Below, one piece after another: positions 24,879 through 38,782 of a stretch of DNA of 64,000 nucleotides. Every line of letters begins with the position of its first letter. Position 1 is the first letter of the stretch. The stretch is from NCBI GenBank assembly GCA_030704615.1, contig CM060731.1, forward strand, positions 8,246,001-8,310,000. The letters run 5' to 3'. Origin of the DNA: Takakia lepidozioides (taxonomy: Eukaryota; Plantae; Bryophyta). A model generated the notes under the pieces. That model was not told where the DNA came from, did no database searches, and saw only the letters and a program-made list of their open reading frames with translations. The position numbers and the translations under genes were made by a program.

Positions 24879-25646
24879 ATGATCACCGACCAGATGGCAG
24901 CCCATCGTTTCCACTTGTCATTTGAGGCTCGCGTTGTGGGCCTATATCGTGTCGTTTCAGGCACCCGATCCGGCGAAGTACGGACAGAAGATGCCATTGT
25001 GGTCTGCAGGTTAATGCGCAGACGTATCTTGGACATCGCTGAAGAGTACCGTGGGTACTGGATTTTGGCCAAAGTAGGGCCGTTGGGAGACAGGGCTCTT
25101 ACCTCTCCCATCTCTTCTTTTTTCAGATTCAATACGCGTTGGCCCGGATATTGCCAACCCCCCTTCTTAGGGAATCTCAACGTGCAATCCTTGCTTGAAG
25201 CACATCTCGCCTGGCAAGTGGCTTATTTAGGGTGTTGCCCTCTATGTCGAACCATTGCTGACGAGGGAATCAATTTTCATCGTCCCCGTCCCACTATCCG
25301 GAGGTCTGGAGAAGCTATCTCCTATCTAACCAAGAAGAGTTTTATTGACCTTCCTTTTGATTGGATGTGTTGGTTGTTTGGGTGTGGATTAGAAGACTAT
25401 CTGGAGGTAGAGGAACGTCTGCCTCATCCGAACACTACCATCACCTATATCTGTCCACCCAGATTTTACAACAGCCGCAGTGAAAGTGCAGCAGCATTGA
25501 TCATTGAATTAATCACTGACGGCCGATTGGACGTGGCGCTGACCATACATGATATTACTTGGATTGAGGGGCGGACCCAGAGCGGCCACCGCCATTTTAC
25601 TGTGCACGGGAAATCCCCACCAGTTTCCTCCCTATCATTCCCTTAA
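24879..25646 (+). CDS. Extra ORF (255 aa) upstream of gag in element B, function unknown
   Basis: Uninterrupted 768-nt frame between the PBS and gag, containing CCPLC. No known motif recognised. Confidence 0.5.
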   Translation: MITDQMAAHRFHLSFEARVVGLYRVVSGTRSGEVRTEDAIVVCRLMRRRILDIAEEYRGYWILAKVGPLGDRALTSPISSFFRFNTRWPGYCQPPFLGNLNVQSLLEAHLAWQVAYLGCCPLCRTIADEGINFHRPRPTIRRSGEAISYLTKKSFIDLPFDWMCWLFGCGLEDYLEVEERLPHPNTTITYICPPRFYNSRSESAAALIIELITDGRLDVALTIHDITWIEGRTQSGHRHFTVHGKSPPVSSLSFP

Positions 25647-25831
25647 AGATAGTGCATGATATTTCTTCCGTTAGCAGCTCTCCTTGGACCTCAGCGCCAG
25701 GGTCACCTATGGGAATAGACGAGGACTTGCCAGCAGCAGAATCAGACTCAGACTCATAAACTAGAAGTTTGGGAAAGATAGAGTGAGAAGGAGAGAACAC
25801 TGAAAGTTCTTCGGACATCGAGTGTTCACGA

Positions 25832-28800
25832 GTGGTTTCCCCTATATCTAGTCCCCCTTATACCCCACCGGCCAGGTCAAGGAGTCCCACGCCATCATCA
25901 GTGTCAATCATGGCACATATTCCAGGACCTCCTGAGGTACCCATTGTGGTTCCAGCAGGTTTACCCCCGCTCACATTGCCCAGGCATCTGCCTTGGTTCT
26001 CCGGGGAAGCACATGAAAATCCAGAATATCATGTGAAGAGCTTCATTCAATGTTGCTACTCTAACCAAGCACTAAATGATGCCTATTGGCTGATATGGTT
26101 TCCCACAACCATGAGGGGAAGAGCATCTACTTGGTATTGGCAACAGGCTCCAGGTATATTTATTACTTGGCAGCAGATTCATGACGCATTTCTCGATCAT
26201 TTTCGGGTAGTCCACCAGTTTACCAGTGTCTTGATGGCACTGGCAAGGATTCGCCAAGGCCCCACAGAGGAGGTAGCAGACTTCAAGATGCGATTCAGGG
26301 AGCTAATGCGACTCCAGAACCCTTTGACCCCCCTAGATGATGGGGTACTCAAAGATTGTTTTTTGAGTGGATTACGAGAGGCCACTCACTTTCATGTTTT
26401 GCAGCAAAGACCTGCAACGCTGGTAGATGCCATACAAGTGGGCAAGGAATTCGACAACATGCATCGCCAAGTACAACGAGCTAAGATGCCCGACTTTGCT
26501 CTACCATCTTACATTCAATCGAGCCCGCACAGGAGCCGGCACCATTAGCGGTAATCCAGCATGCGTTGCATTACACGCCATCTTATGTAGGAGGAGTGAG
26601 ACCCTACGCCCCAGCAGCGTCCCCGACACCCGTAGTAGCGCCAACGGTACCGCAATACACGAATGCTGTTCCTACCAACTCACAAGCAGATTCAAGCGGG
26701 CAATCCGATTTGCAAGTGGGCCATCTAGAGGCACAAGTCACTTCTCTCATCAAGACCATTGAAACAATGGGCGACCGCATGAGCTCAATCGGTCAGCAGA
26801 TTACCAGCTATGTGGGGTACCGAGATGCGGCCCCAGTTGGAGAGTCCGGCCCCAACCCGGCCAAGGTATGGTGTTCCAATTGCAACAACTCGGGACATGC
26901 GTCTCAACATTGTCCAATCCCGTTCGGGAAAGGCAGGTAAGCCGGAACCCAACTTATCAAGATAAACCAAAAAGGCAATTCAATCAATCCCATAGAGGAT
27001 GTCAAAAGTGTGGAAGAACCACCCACCCAACTGAAAATTGTTGGAGTGACATTGTGTGTGTCTGCATTGTGGCCAATGAGGTCACCCCTTGGACAAATAT
27101 CCTCATAGACAAGTGGACCAGCCTACGCCGGCCACCATTCAACAAGTAGAGAGGAATTTGGAAGGGCAGCGAGCACCCTTCCCGGATCAGTATACCACTG
27201 AACCACCCAACCCTCTACCACAATAGCATAGCATGTATTTTGCTACTCCAACGCAGATAGCGCAATGGCCTAGAACAGATCAGGCAGGCCCATCATATTC
27301 TGGGGGCAATGCAGCTATGGGACAGAATTCCTGAGCAGCCTATTCAAATCCTGCGGCTCAGATAGCCCAGGGTTCTTCTAATACGTGGTCTCCCCCTCAG
27401 GATGTCAGGGTGCAGGGAGGGCAGCAGGCGTTTACTTCAGGGCCATCCTAGCAGCAGGCCAGTATGCATCCCGGTCAGTCGTCCCGTCAACAGGAGACGC
27501 AGCACCAAGTCAATTGGATTTCCAGTGAGCTCGGCGCCACTCAAACTACGCAGGCTAGCCCAGAGGAAGGTAGCTATGCAGTAATGACCCGACAACAACG
27601 AGATACGCTAGGGAAAGGCCCTGGGTATGTGACGTCAGAGTCAGCCACATCGGCATCAGAACAGGAAGATCTGAACTTTAAAGTCATGAAGTCAGACGCA
27701 CGGAAGGTGGCGGAAACTGTACTCGGGGAGGAAGAGGATACCCATCCCAAGGAGAAGGAGGTAGCATTTGCAGAGACCAAATCTCCGGCAGTCCGGCCAA
27801 CCATTTCTCGGCCCATTTTGACATCCAGAACAAAGAGTCCAGCCAATCGACCAGTAACACCAGCGAAGCTTCCCAAAAGGAGAACACACTCCACTATGCG
27901 CTTCACCTATGAGTTGGAGCCGTATAATCTAATGGAAGACTTGCGCCACATTCAGGCAAACATTACATTTGCCCAACTCATAGCATTGGCACCAACAGTC
28001 CGACATGCTCTCAAGGCATCCTTGGTGAGGAAGCGAGTAGGTACTTTTGCTCAGACCCACCACATTAACGCCCATGTCGACCCGGGCCCAGTAGAAATAG
28101 AAGTGGAGATTGCAGACCGTCTGATACGACGTTGTTTAGTGGATGATGGGAGCTCCGTCAACATCATGCCACTCTCCACCTTGTCAAAGTTAGGATTGAA
28201 CATGACAGGGGAGTCTCCATTAACTATCAGACTGGCTGACCAACAAAAGATCAGACCAGTGGGTCACTTAGCGAATGTTCGACTTAAGACCGGAGGCTAC
28301 ACGTATGCAGTAGACTTCCAAATCATAGATTTCCCTATTGATGAGTATTCCTACGCACTCCTATTAGGGAGGCCATGGTTGGTCCAGTCCCGAGCTCGAA
28401 CGGACTGGGGGGCAGGTACCATCACTTATGGGATAAAACCTTACACGACTACAGTCGCTTTTCTTTCGGGAGCACCTCACAGATGAGGATGAGCTCAGCA
28501 TGATTGGTTTTGAAGAGGAATATGTGGACTTGAGTGAGGAGGACTGGTGGACAGATAGAGATCCATCCAACGTCACATGCCCACCGAGTACTAGCAACCA
28601 GCACCGCGCCTCGCAGGGAGGTTAAGCGAAGGAAGGTAGGACTAGAGGACGCAGTCAAGTCCCTAGGTCCGGGTTTATATGAATGCGAGTCTGATGCAGA
28701 TTGCATCGCCTGGTTGTTCGGAGAAAACCAAGGCAAGGAGGTGGTGGTACACTCGGTATCAACTGAGGCACTTCCAGAGTTAAAGTCACTAACCAAGCTC

Positions 28801-31700
28801 TTCTTGATATCCGCCGAACAAGTTGGTCTGCAGGAACCGGAGATTCCTCAGGAGGAGAACGGCGAGAGCATTGAAATGAGAATTGTAGAGGAGGCCGACC
28901 TAGAAAGGGATGTGATGAAACATAGTGCCCCCTACATTCCATATTTACAACAAGGGTCAAACGGATCAAGGTTTTAACCAGGATCAACCTTCACAGCCGA
29001 GCCAACAACGCAATTGGTCGATATGGCGGTGGGAGGAGAATCACCCAAGATGGTGAAGGTTGGATCCCATTTGACAGCAGAACAAGCGGCAGAGTACCAG
29101 ACCATGTTCAAAGAATTTAGAGACATCTTCGCGTGGTCCTACACCGAGTTGAAAGGGGTGCCCTCTTATGTGGCCATGCACTCTATTCCCCTGATTCCGG
29201 GAGCTACACCATGACAACAGCGAGAAAGGAGGGTGAACCCCAATCTGGCTCTTCTCATCAAAGCAGAAATCGAAAAACTGCTAGCCGCTGAGTTTATCTT
29301 TCCAGTGGAGACATCAGCCTGGGTGTCCCCCATGGTGATCGTTCAAAAAAAGAACAGAGGATTAAGGGTATGCGTGGACTTCCGCCCCCTTAACAAGGTA
29401 ACGCACAAGGATCATTTTCCCTTGTCGTTTATAGACACATTAGTGGAAGAGGTAGCAGGGAAGGAACTCTACTCTTTCATGGATGGATTCTTGGGCTACA
29501 ATCAAGTGTTGATCGACCCGAAAGTTGTGCTGAAGACCACATTCGCCTCACCCTGGGGAACATTTGCCTACACAAGGATGCCCTTTGGCTTGTGCAATGC
29601 ACCCCTGACATTTCAGAGGGTCATGACGTATGCTTTCTCAGACATTGTGAGAAAGAATCTAGTCATTTTCTTAGATGACTTTTGTTGCAACGGGGACGCG
29701 AAGGATCACGTTGTGGCACTACAAGAATGCTTCATCCGGTGCAGAGAAAATAGGATATCTCGCAATCCAATGAAGTGCGTATTCGCAGTCACACATGGAT
29801 TGCTCCTAGGACATATAGTGTCCAGAGACGGCGTGGCGACAGACCCCGCAAAAGTAAGCGCCATTGTCGAACTTCCCGCACCAGAGACGTCGTCCAAAGT
29901 GAAGGGATTCCTTGGCCACACAGGGTGGTATAGGAAATTTATGGATAAGTATGCCGCAGAGGCATTACCTCTGACTCGACTATTGAGGAAGAACCGGGTA
30001 TTTTCCTGGGATGCAGGGTGTCAAGAGTCTTTTGAAATGCTCAAGACGATTGGTGTCTGCACCAGTCTTGGCAGCTCCGGATTGGAACACGTCTTTTCAT
30101 GTTTATGTTGATGCTTCAGCGGTGGCAGTAGGATGTGCCCTTTGCCAACTAGACGCTGATGGCCATGATCATCCAATATCTTTCGCTAGTCGACAGCCGA
30201 CATTTGCTGAGACTAGGTACAACACCACGGAGCTAGAGGCTCTGGGAATGATTTTTGCCGTGAAGAAATATCGGCATTATTTATTGGAGACCCCGTTTAC
30301 ATTCTTTGTTGATCACATGGCATTGCGGTACTTGATCAACAAACCTGACCTGACAGGGAGAATAGCAAGATGGGTCATTTTACTTCAGGAATTCGACTAC
30401 AAGGTAGTCTACAAACCGGGAAGGCTGAATGCCTAGGCCGACCATCTCTCGCGGTTGTCAGAGAAGATAGGGGACGAGCCTATAGACGATGATTTTCCGG
30501 ATGCCTTCTTGTTCTCGATTGAGACGGTTCCTCCTTGGTACGAGCACATTGCTCAGTATCTTAGCACCCTGGAATTTCCACCAGGAATGGATCGACACGC
30601 ACGAAGACGACTTCGATTGCGCAGTATGAAGTTTGCTCTTGTGGGAGGGCAACTTTATAGGAGGGGATTGGATGGACTCTTGAGGCAATGCGTCACTCCA
30701 GAGGAGGTTCCCCAGATTTTAGAGTCAGCTCATGACAGCATGTGCGGAGGACACTTTGCAGGGCGACTCACGGTCCAAAAGATTTTGAGGGCAGGATATT
30801 ACAGGTCCTCCATGTTCAAATATGCGCACATACATGTGCGAAAATACGACTCTTGCCAGAGGTACGCTAAAAGGGATAACAGGCTTGGAATGCCGTTAGT
30901 TCCTACTCTCCCCCTTGCTCCGTTTGAGAAGTGGGGAATCGACTACGTAGGGGAAGTGCACCCCACTTCAAGTCGACAAAATCGCTACATCATCGTAGCC
31001 ACTGAGTATCTGACCAAGTGGGCAGAGGCCAAGGTGGTCAAGAGGACCAACGCCCAGGTAACCGCCTCTTTCATTTACGAAAATATTATTTCCCGATTCG
31101 GATGCCCCAAGGAGATAGTGAGTGACAGGGGCTCTCACTTTATTAACGACGTCATCGAAGAAATGATGACAACATTCTCTATCAAGCATCGCAAGGCTAC
31201 CCCCTATCATCCTCAGACAAGTAGTCAAGTAGAGCGCCAATTAGACCTTGTGCAACATCCTCTCCAAAACAATTAAAGAGCACAAGCGGGACTGGGACAC
31301 CAAGTTGATCTCAGCTTTGTGGGCGTTTCGCACTATACATAAGGTAACCACTCGACACACCCCCTTTTCATTGGTTTACGGGGTGGAGTCCATTATGCCC
31401 ATTGAAACAGAGATTCCCTCATTGCGACTGGCCATCACCGAGAGATTGGCAACATCCGAGTCCCTGAAAGAACGACTCGAGATGCTAGAGGGGTTAGACA
31501 AGCTTTGGCAGGCAGCAACTCAACACATTGAGGCCGTCCAGCGAAGGAGGAAGACTCGGTTTGACCTGAAGCGCAAAAAGAGGATTTTTGATCCAAGAGA
31601 TCTGGTATTATTGTTCGACAGTCGTAACGAGGAATTCAACGCCAAGTTCGACTCATACTGGATGGGGCCCAGTCTTTGACAACGGCTCAATTGGATACAC
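25832..31700 (+). pseudogene. gag-pol: Element B gag-pol, degenerate
   Basis: Gag (FPTTMRGRASTWY, RQGPTEEV), CCHC knuckles (CSNCNNSGHASQHC, CQKCGRTTHPTENC), protease (LVDDGSSVNIMP), RT (RVCVDFRPLN, MPFGLCNAP, FLDD), RNase H (YVDASAVAVG, ELEALG), integrase (H..H..C, WGIDYVG, VSDRGSHF). Many stops and frameshifts. Confidence 0.95.
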
Positions 31701-34700
31701 TGAGGGGAGTGGAGTTCCCCAATCTGGTGAACGGTGTCCGGTGCAAGCACTACTACATGTGAGTTCCTTTAACCAATGAATTATTCCCCCCATTAAGGGA
31801 AAGGTGCTAAGGGAGATCTTAGTGGCCTTTGCCATGTCGGGAGAAATCTTTAGGATTTCTACCCGGTTTTTCGGAAGGAAATGTTGGTATTTCCTATCCA
31901 TGATTCATTGGATATTGGAGCTCCATAATAGGTGGAGTGCAGGGCAACTAAGTTGCAATCATCCAATGAAACTTCTCCATTGGGAAGAGGTCAATAGGAC
32001 TCTTACCCGTTAGGTTGTTGTACACCCTTTATTGGAGTTCCAAAGGTAGACCTTGGGATGTGGGGCAACGTCGTTGCAGTAAAGAGGTGATTTGTTCTCC
32101 ACTTATGTTTTGGGTAGTTATTGGAATTCACAAGGAAAGACCTTGGGATGCGGGGCACATAAAGTGCAGTAATCTAATCCACGTTGTAGAATTAGAAATT
32201 TGTTGATATGGCATAAGCTATGAAAGCTATGACCCTCCAATTGCCAACGTAGAAAACTTCATACATCTTCGTTACTAATCACGTGTTGCGAGTTTCTCTA
32301 TTTTTCTTCTTCACCAAGTGAAGAACCACAGGTGCAGGAATGGGAACAATGGGATGGCTAATATATGCACTCTTGTTCAATGCACACTGTCGATCATTAC
32401 GTGTCTTTCATCACAAAATATATCTGTGTTTGCTCAAAGCATATCTCGAGAAAAAGTAAGTGCTTGCTGCATCAAGCACTCCGCAGTATACTGATGCTCC
32501 CTACATGGGGCACAACGACTTCCCGCATGGCGATTCTAACCTTAAACCTTTTGTCATTTTCACCTTGCCCCGCTGCAGCATTCCTCGAAGAGAGAGAAAA
32601 GTCAGAAGCAGTGAGGGGATAAAAGGTGAGTTGTAGAGCAGTGGTTGCTGCTCCCCTCACATGAGTGAAGGATGTTAGGTACAGGAAAACCCAGAAGGGC
32701 CTGTGACCTTTTAAGCATTAGGATATGTTGGTCCGTCTATTACCAAAGTGTGGTCCTCTGAGGTTCAGAAAGTATCCAAGTTTTTAGTTGTCTCACCATG
32801 AACTCTGCGATCCGGCGAGTCATGAAGATAGTTACCAGAGTGTGGTCCTCTGAGGTTCAGAATGTATCCAATCTTTTCCGTTGACGCGGGAGCTGCTCTT
32901 TAGCCCTCCCAGGTGCTTCCTGTTTAGGGGCATTTAGGCCCGTCTGAGCTCGAGTCGAGGCCCTAGCATTTAGAATCAAAGTCCTTCCAAGGCTGTGTTA
33001 GAATAGGATTATCAAATTGCACCGCGCATATCTCTCTTGCATCATCTAGGGGCTTCGAACCCAGTCCGGTGGGGGAGAATGGCGGTTTTGAAGTATTTTT
33101 TATCTGGGAACTCCAACTCTCTCCGAAGAGGGCGAGTCGGGTGGTTTTGAAGTATTTTTTTGGTTTTTATTTTTTATTTTTCCCTCATCTCTCCCGGAAG
33201 ACTTGAACTCTCTCCGAAGAGGGAGAGCCGAAGGGAAATTACTCTTCATTTTTTTCATGTCACTTAAGAGAGTCGTTGACTCCAAGGGATATCAGTGATA
33301 CCCTAGTAGGAGGATTGTGTGAACCAGAGATTCTGAGTTCTTTTACACTCGGGGCGAGTGTTCCCCATTGGTCGCCATATATGTAGATGCATATATTGGT
33401 ACATATTTCTTTACAGATCGTTTTTGATCTTAAGGCAGACAGTTTAGGCATTATACTGCCAAAGCAGAACAGTTTGTAAGTTATCTGGGAATCGCTGGTA
33501 AAGCACGTAGGAATTTAGATTATGTCTCAGACAACCATGGAGGAGCTCTGGCATCAAAATGACCGTAGGGAGCTGCATCGACAGTGAGTTAGGCTGCCAA
33601 TTCGGTACCAGTAACGACAACATGCACCTGTTCGAAACAATACATGACGACTGTTCCAGTCTCGGATTGCGATCTCTCTATTCTCCCGCCTTTCAAGTCT
33701 AGTAGGAGCACACGGCGAGGAGTCTTGGCAATTGGAGGAAACAATCTGTACAGCGATGAAATATCGCGACAAAGCAAGTGCTCCATCCGAGCAAACGACG
33801 GGTGAAGGAGCTTCCCGGCGAAGTTTTGAACTCCTCAGCGATGAAAAATGTGTAGGAAACTCCAGATGATCTGTGACCTAGTGGCAGGGCCAAAGACCCC
33901 CTGGGAGCACCACAGTATTTTTAATGCCAGGAAGCGGCAGACTGCCTGTATGGCGAAACCATGGAAACCAACCAAAGGTATAGCTTTTCTTCCCCGATTC
34001 CCTTGAGATTTTGTGGGCAGCTACAAGTCATCTAATTATAATTTGTCACCAAGTTTGAGGATTTTTTGGAGGTGATGAGAGACAGCACCAAATTATCACG
34101 CCGGAGGCAGTTGCGAAAGGCGATTAAATGGAATTCTAGTTCATCCAATGGATGAAATCTGGAAATTCGACCTGCAAGCTGGACGGATGAAAAGACAACC
34201 TAGTGCCAACTGGTCATCTATTGGATGGATGAAAAACCAGATTTATTATTCTATGGTGATCTATCGTTTTTAAATTATAGATTCATGTAGGAAATAATAG
34301 TTTAAGACTATCTTTCACTAGTTTAAGAGGCCCCAAAAACACAATAAAAGAAGAGCAGGCTCCTCTTGTTCTTCAATCTAGTCTCATTTCCTTGTTTTGG
34401 CCTCTTACTTGAGTAGTTAGTTTTGAGCTTGAAGGAGCTAGTTCCTAGAGAGTTGAGCTTGTGGCTCTCTAGTATTAGAAGTAAGCATATTGAGAGCAGG
34501 ATAGTCCTAGCTCAAGGCCTTGTGGCCATTTGAGGCAAGAAGTAGAGGAAGCGCTCCATGAAGTGGGAGACTTGAGGACGAGTAGGAGTGCCGGAGGAGG
34601 ACCAAGCTTGAGTACCATTCTACCGAGCGATTTAGTGCATCCCAAGCACCACTTGTTTCAGAGGGTGACTTACCATACATTCTTGACCTTTGAATTCATT

Positions 34701-36689
34701 CATTTCATTTGTTGTTCAAGCTTTGTCCAAAGAAAAGACCTTATAGCATTGTTTGCTAAAAATCTATAAAAACTAACCCTCTTTCAAGAGGATGTGTGTG
34801 CATCTCTATGTACATGTGTGAAGAGCACAGGTGTGAAGCCCCAGGGGACAGGGCCTTAGGAATCTAACCCAATTATGTCATGGAAGTGAGGGTAGATTTC
34901 CATTATTATGTTTGGAGAGAGGGTGGGTTTGCATGAAGTGACGAAGCTCTTGTCAAATTTCCCTTTCTAGCTTAGTGGCGACGGCCATATTGCATGAGAC
35001 GGCGAGGCTATCGCCAAAATTTCTATATTATTAAGATCATATCTATGATTCATAAGCCCCCTGGCCATAGAGGACCATGGGAGGCGTTGCTAACTAACTT
35101 ATAAGTGGTTAAGCTATTTTGTAGAGGGCTGCTAAAAACGGCAGATCCTAGCACTTAAGTGCTGGCGCCTTAGGCGCCTTTGGGTTGGAGGTCAACCAAG
35201 GAGGTTGCCTAGAATCGCCATGTAGTGACGCCTCTAACGCGGGTGGCGCGGCCTGCCTCCGTGGGAAGAGTTGACCCCTGGAGCAAAGTACGCTCACTGG
35301 GGTACTGCGTGGCAGCACCAGGCGCCATAGCTGGGCCCGCATAGGTACGACACGAGCGGCAGAGTCGACGGAGCCTACCTATTACCCGTTGGACCCGCGC
35401 CGGCGGCGGGCCAGCCACGCCGCGCCACGTAGCGCTGGCCGCGGGGTATCAGTCTTAACCACTGGATAATTCGACGGACCCCGCCAAGGACTGATGGTCC
35501 CTGGAACGTGTATTTTAAGGGGGGTTTTTTCTCCCTATGCATTTGATTTCTTGTGCACTATTCATAGTATTCTTCTTGCATGAGAGTAAGGGTGTGTTTT
35601 AGCCAAGGATAAGAGATGGCTGGAACCATTGGATAGGCCCCAGCGAGGCCATCAGTATGATATGTATTCAGGGGTTTGTGAAAGCACGGCTCACGGGTAG
35701 ATGCCACAGGCAGAGAGGGAGAGCCCAGAGACAGGGAGGAGAGAATCCATGCTGGGGTTTCACAAGGTAGAAGATGACATGTTTCAACTTCGTTCTAGGC
35801 TGGTTGCCTGCATAAAGTAATCAGATTATATTGGAAGTAGGTGGAAGAGGCGCATGGAATGGACCTTGGGACCCACTGATTGTTTAATTATTGTTTGCAC
35901 ACCAGGGTGGCGAACAGATGAGAAACTGCTAGGCGGCAGATTTCATTCATCCTGGCCCGGTGATGGTTTAAGTTGCTAATGCGCTCTTGAGTGGTTTGGT
36001 GTAGGAATTTAGGGGCGCTCCCAAGTGGAGAGCGGTTCCCCAATGCTCTCGGCATAAAAGGGTGTTCCCCTGGTATCTTGAGGGTAATTTAGTTAGCTCC
36101 GGCATCATGCGATGATTCTCTATTTCTACGAATTTCATGCATTTGTAGGAATATTTTAATGATTTGTCTTTATTATTTAGCAGGGAAATTCGCCTTTATT
36201 AAGGGATTTTATCCGGACCCCCTTAACTTCGAAACGCAAGTTTCAAGGGTGGTATTGCCCAGTGTTGGGCGGTTACCCGCTTGGGCCCGGGTAACCGCCG
36301 GTTCCGGTTATGTGGAACCGGACCGGAACCAGACCCGCCTGTGCAGAACCGGAACCGGAAATTGGGGATTGCGTGGGAACCGAAACCGGCGGTTCCAGCT
36401 ACGACCACATGTGTGGGAACCGGGTTTGGGGACTCCAAAGCGGTTCCGGTTCCGGTTCCGGTTCCACCCATGGGCTGTAGCACTAAGTGTCTCTACAACT
36501 CATCCAGCTCGCTCTCTCTCGCATACATCTTGCTTGCTACTCCAATCCAGGTAAGGTTTGTGTTCCATGTCTCCATCTTCTACTTTATTGTTTGATTTCT
36601 CTCTCGCTCTCATTTCATCTCCATCTCCATTCTCTTTCCCTCTTAGGTTGATTGATTTAATGTGTTGTTTGTTTCTTTTCTTCTCAATT

Positions 36690-38520
36690 TATCGCACAAG
36701 AGGGGGCTGATCTCTCTTCTGCTGCTGTGGCAGGTGGTGGACACAAAGGGAGGGAGTGTGAGCAGGAGGGCCCCGCCAACCAGCCGTCGCTTGTTGTTGG
36801 TGAGCATCCACCATGTTCTTGTTTTTTTTTAATTTTTTGGTTCAGCGGAGCTAATGGGCCCCATGCTCTTGTATTGTGGTAAGTGGCGCATTGGAGGGAG
36901 GAAGTGCCAGCAGGAGGGCCCGCGCAACCAGCCCCGTCGTCAACCAGCCCCTTGTTGGTAAGCATCCACCACTTTTGGTTATTTTACTGTTTTTAGCTTT
37001 AGTTCACCATGAAGCTAATCAGCTTCCTCCTTTTCTGCTATGGCATGTGGTGCAAGAGGTAGGGAGGATAAGTAAGGAGGGCCCACCTGCAACCAGGCCC
37101 CTTGGTCCATGGTAATCATTGCTCATCATTCTTTTTTGTTTTTTGTTTTTTTTTTTGTTTTTTTTTTCCTGTTTTCTTTGATGATATACCAAGGGGCTGA
37201 TAGCCCCTTGCTCCACTATGGTAGATTTTACATTGGAGGGAGCACAAGCAAAGAGGGGCCCACCAACCAGCCCACATTACCCACTGGTAAGTATCTTCCC
37301 TTTCTTTAAATTTTTTTAATTCTTGATACAATTGGGGGTTGATAAGATAGCCCCTTTGGCTTCTGTTATAGCAGATTCTGCATGAGAGGGAGGGAGCCCA
37401 AAGTAGGGAGGGACCTGCCAACCAGCCACCATTACCCGCTTGTAACTCCCTTTCATTGAGCTTTATTTTTTTAGTTGTTTAAATTTTTGTTAAAAGAGGG
37501 GCTGATTAGCCCATTGCTCTTGCGCTACGGCTGATCGTGCATGGGAGGGAAAGGAGGGCAAGTAGGAAGGCTAGCCAACCAGCCCCTCTTGCACCGCACA
37601 TGTAAGCATCCCCCTTCATTTTTTTTCCCCATAAAATTGGTATAGCAAGGGCTGATTAGCCGTTGCTAATGCAGATCACACACAAGAAGGACGTCCAGTG
37701 CAAGTAAAAAAGCACGTCAACCAGCCCCTCTCATCTTATTCTTTCCAATGTGTGGTACAACAAAAGGCTGATTCGCCCTTCCTCATAGTGATATGTTGCA
37801 CTCGGGAAGGGAGCAGAAATAGGAGGCCTCTTGACCCGCCAACCAGCCCCCATTACCCGCGTGTACTTCCCCTTCATTGTTCTTTATTTTCTTAATTATT
37901 TTAAGTTTGTGATATAAGAGGAGCTGATTAGCCCCTTGCTCTTTTGCTATTGTAGATCGTGCATGGGAGGGAAAGAGGGCAAGTAGGGAGGCCTGCCAAC
38001 CAGCCCCCGTTCCACCACACATGTAAGCATGCCCCTAATTCAATGTTGCATATTTTTTTTTTCCTAGAAAATTGGCATAGCAAGGGGCTGATCAGCCCCT
38101 TACTCTGTTGCTATGTAGATAACACACAAGAAGGAGGAGTGCGAGTTTAGAGCCCACTAACCAGCCCCCTCATCCTATGGTAAGCCCCCACCCTTTAATA
38201 GCTTAGTTTTTTATTTTATTTTTTCCAATGTGTGGTACAACAGAGGGATGATTTGCTCCTCCTCTCATAGTGAAAGTTTGAACTCGGAAAGGGGAGCACA
38301 AATATCAAGAAGGCTTGACAGCCAGCCCCTACCTCTTGTGGACAATCACCCCACTTTAAAGCTTCATAATTTTTAGTTATAACTCTTCATGTTGTGGTAC
38401 AACAAGGACTGATTTATTTATATGTGGTGGGGGCATTGCAGATCATCTCCCAAGGCATGAAGTAGCCAAGCTGACCACTAAAGCATAAGACTGGTCCACC
38501 CCCAACTTGCTAGGTAGTTT
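36690..38520 (+). repeat. About 12 diverged tandem units (about 150-190 bp), each resembling branch point, AG, short exon, GT donor
   Basis: Recurrent order: GGGGCTGATTAGCCCC, a pyrimidine tract, (T/C)AG, a purine-rich stretch, AACCAGCCC, GTAAGC, a T-rich spacer. Confidence 0.8.
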
Positions 38521-38782
38521 TTGTAATTTGAAAATGTAAATGTACATGTACTAGATAAAAAAAATAACGTAGATCTAAATGTAGGCCATGTATGTAACAT
38601 TCAGCTCAATATGAAATAATAAATTGAGCAGTGCGGTGTCTCTCCCCACACTTTCGTTTTGGCCAGCCATATACCATTCCAAACTTTTGTAAATATATGA
38701 GTTGTGCACAATTATTAAATGCCTTTTGGATTTTTTGTTTGCATTGTTTTTACACAGGTTTTGTTCCACAAGCTTTTTATGT

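Noticed and set aside
36690-38520. CRISPR or protein-coding repeat interpretation of the hAT array
   Set aside because: The units are degenerate along their whole length, and no consistent reading frame was seen.
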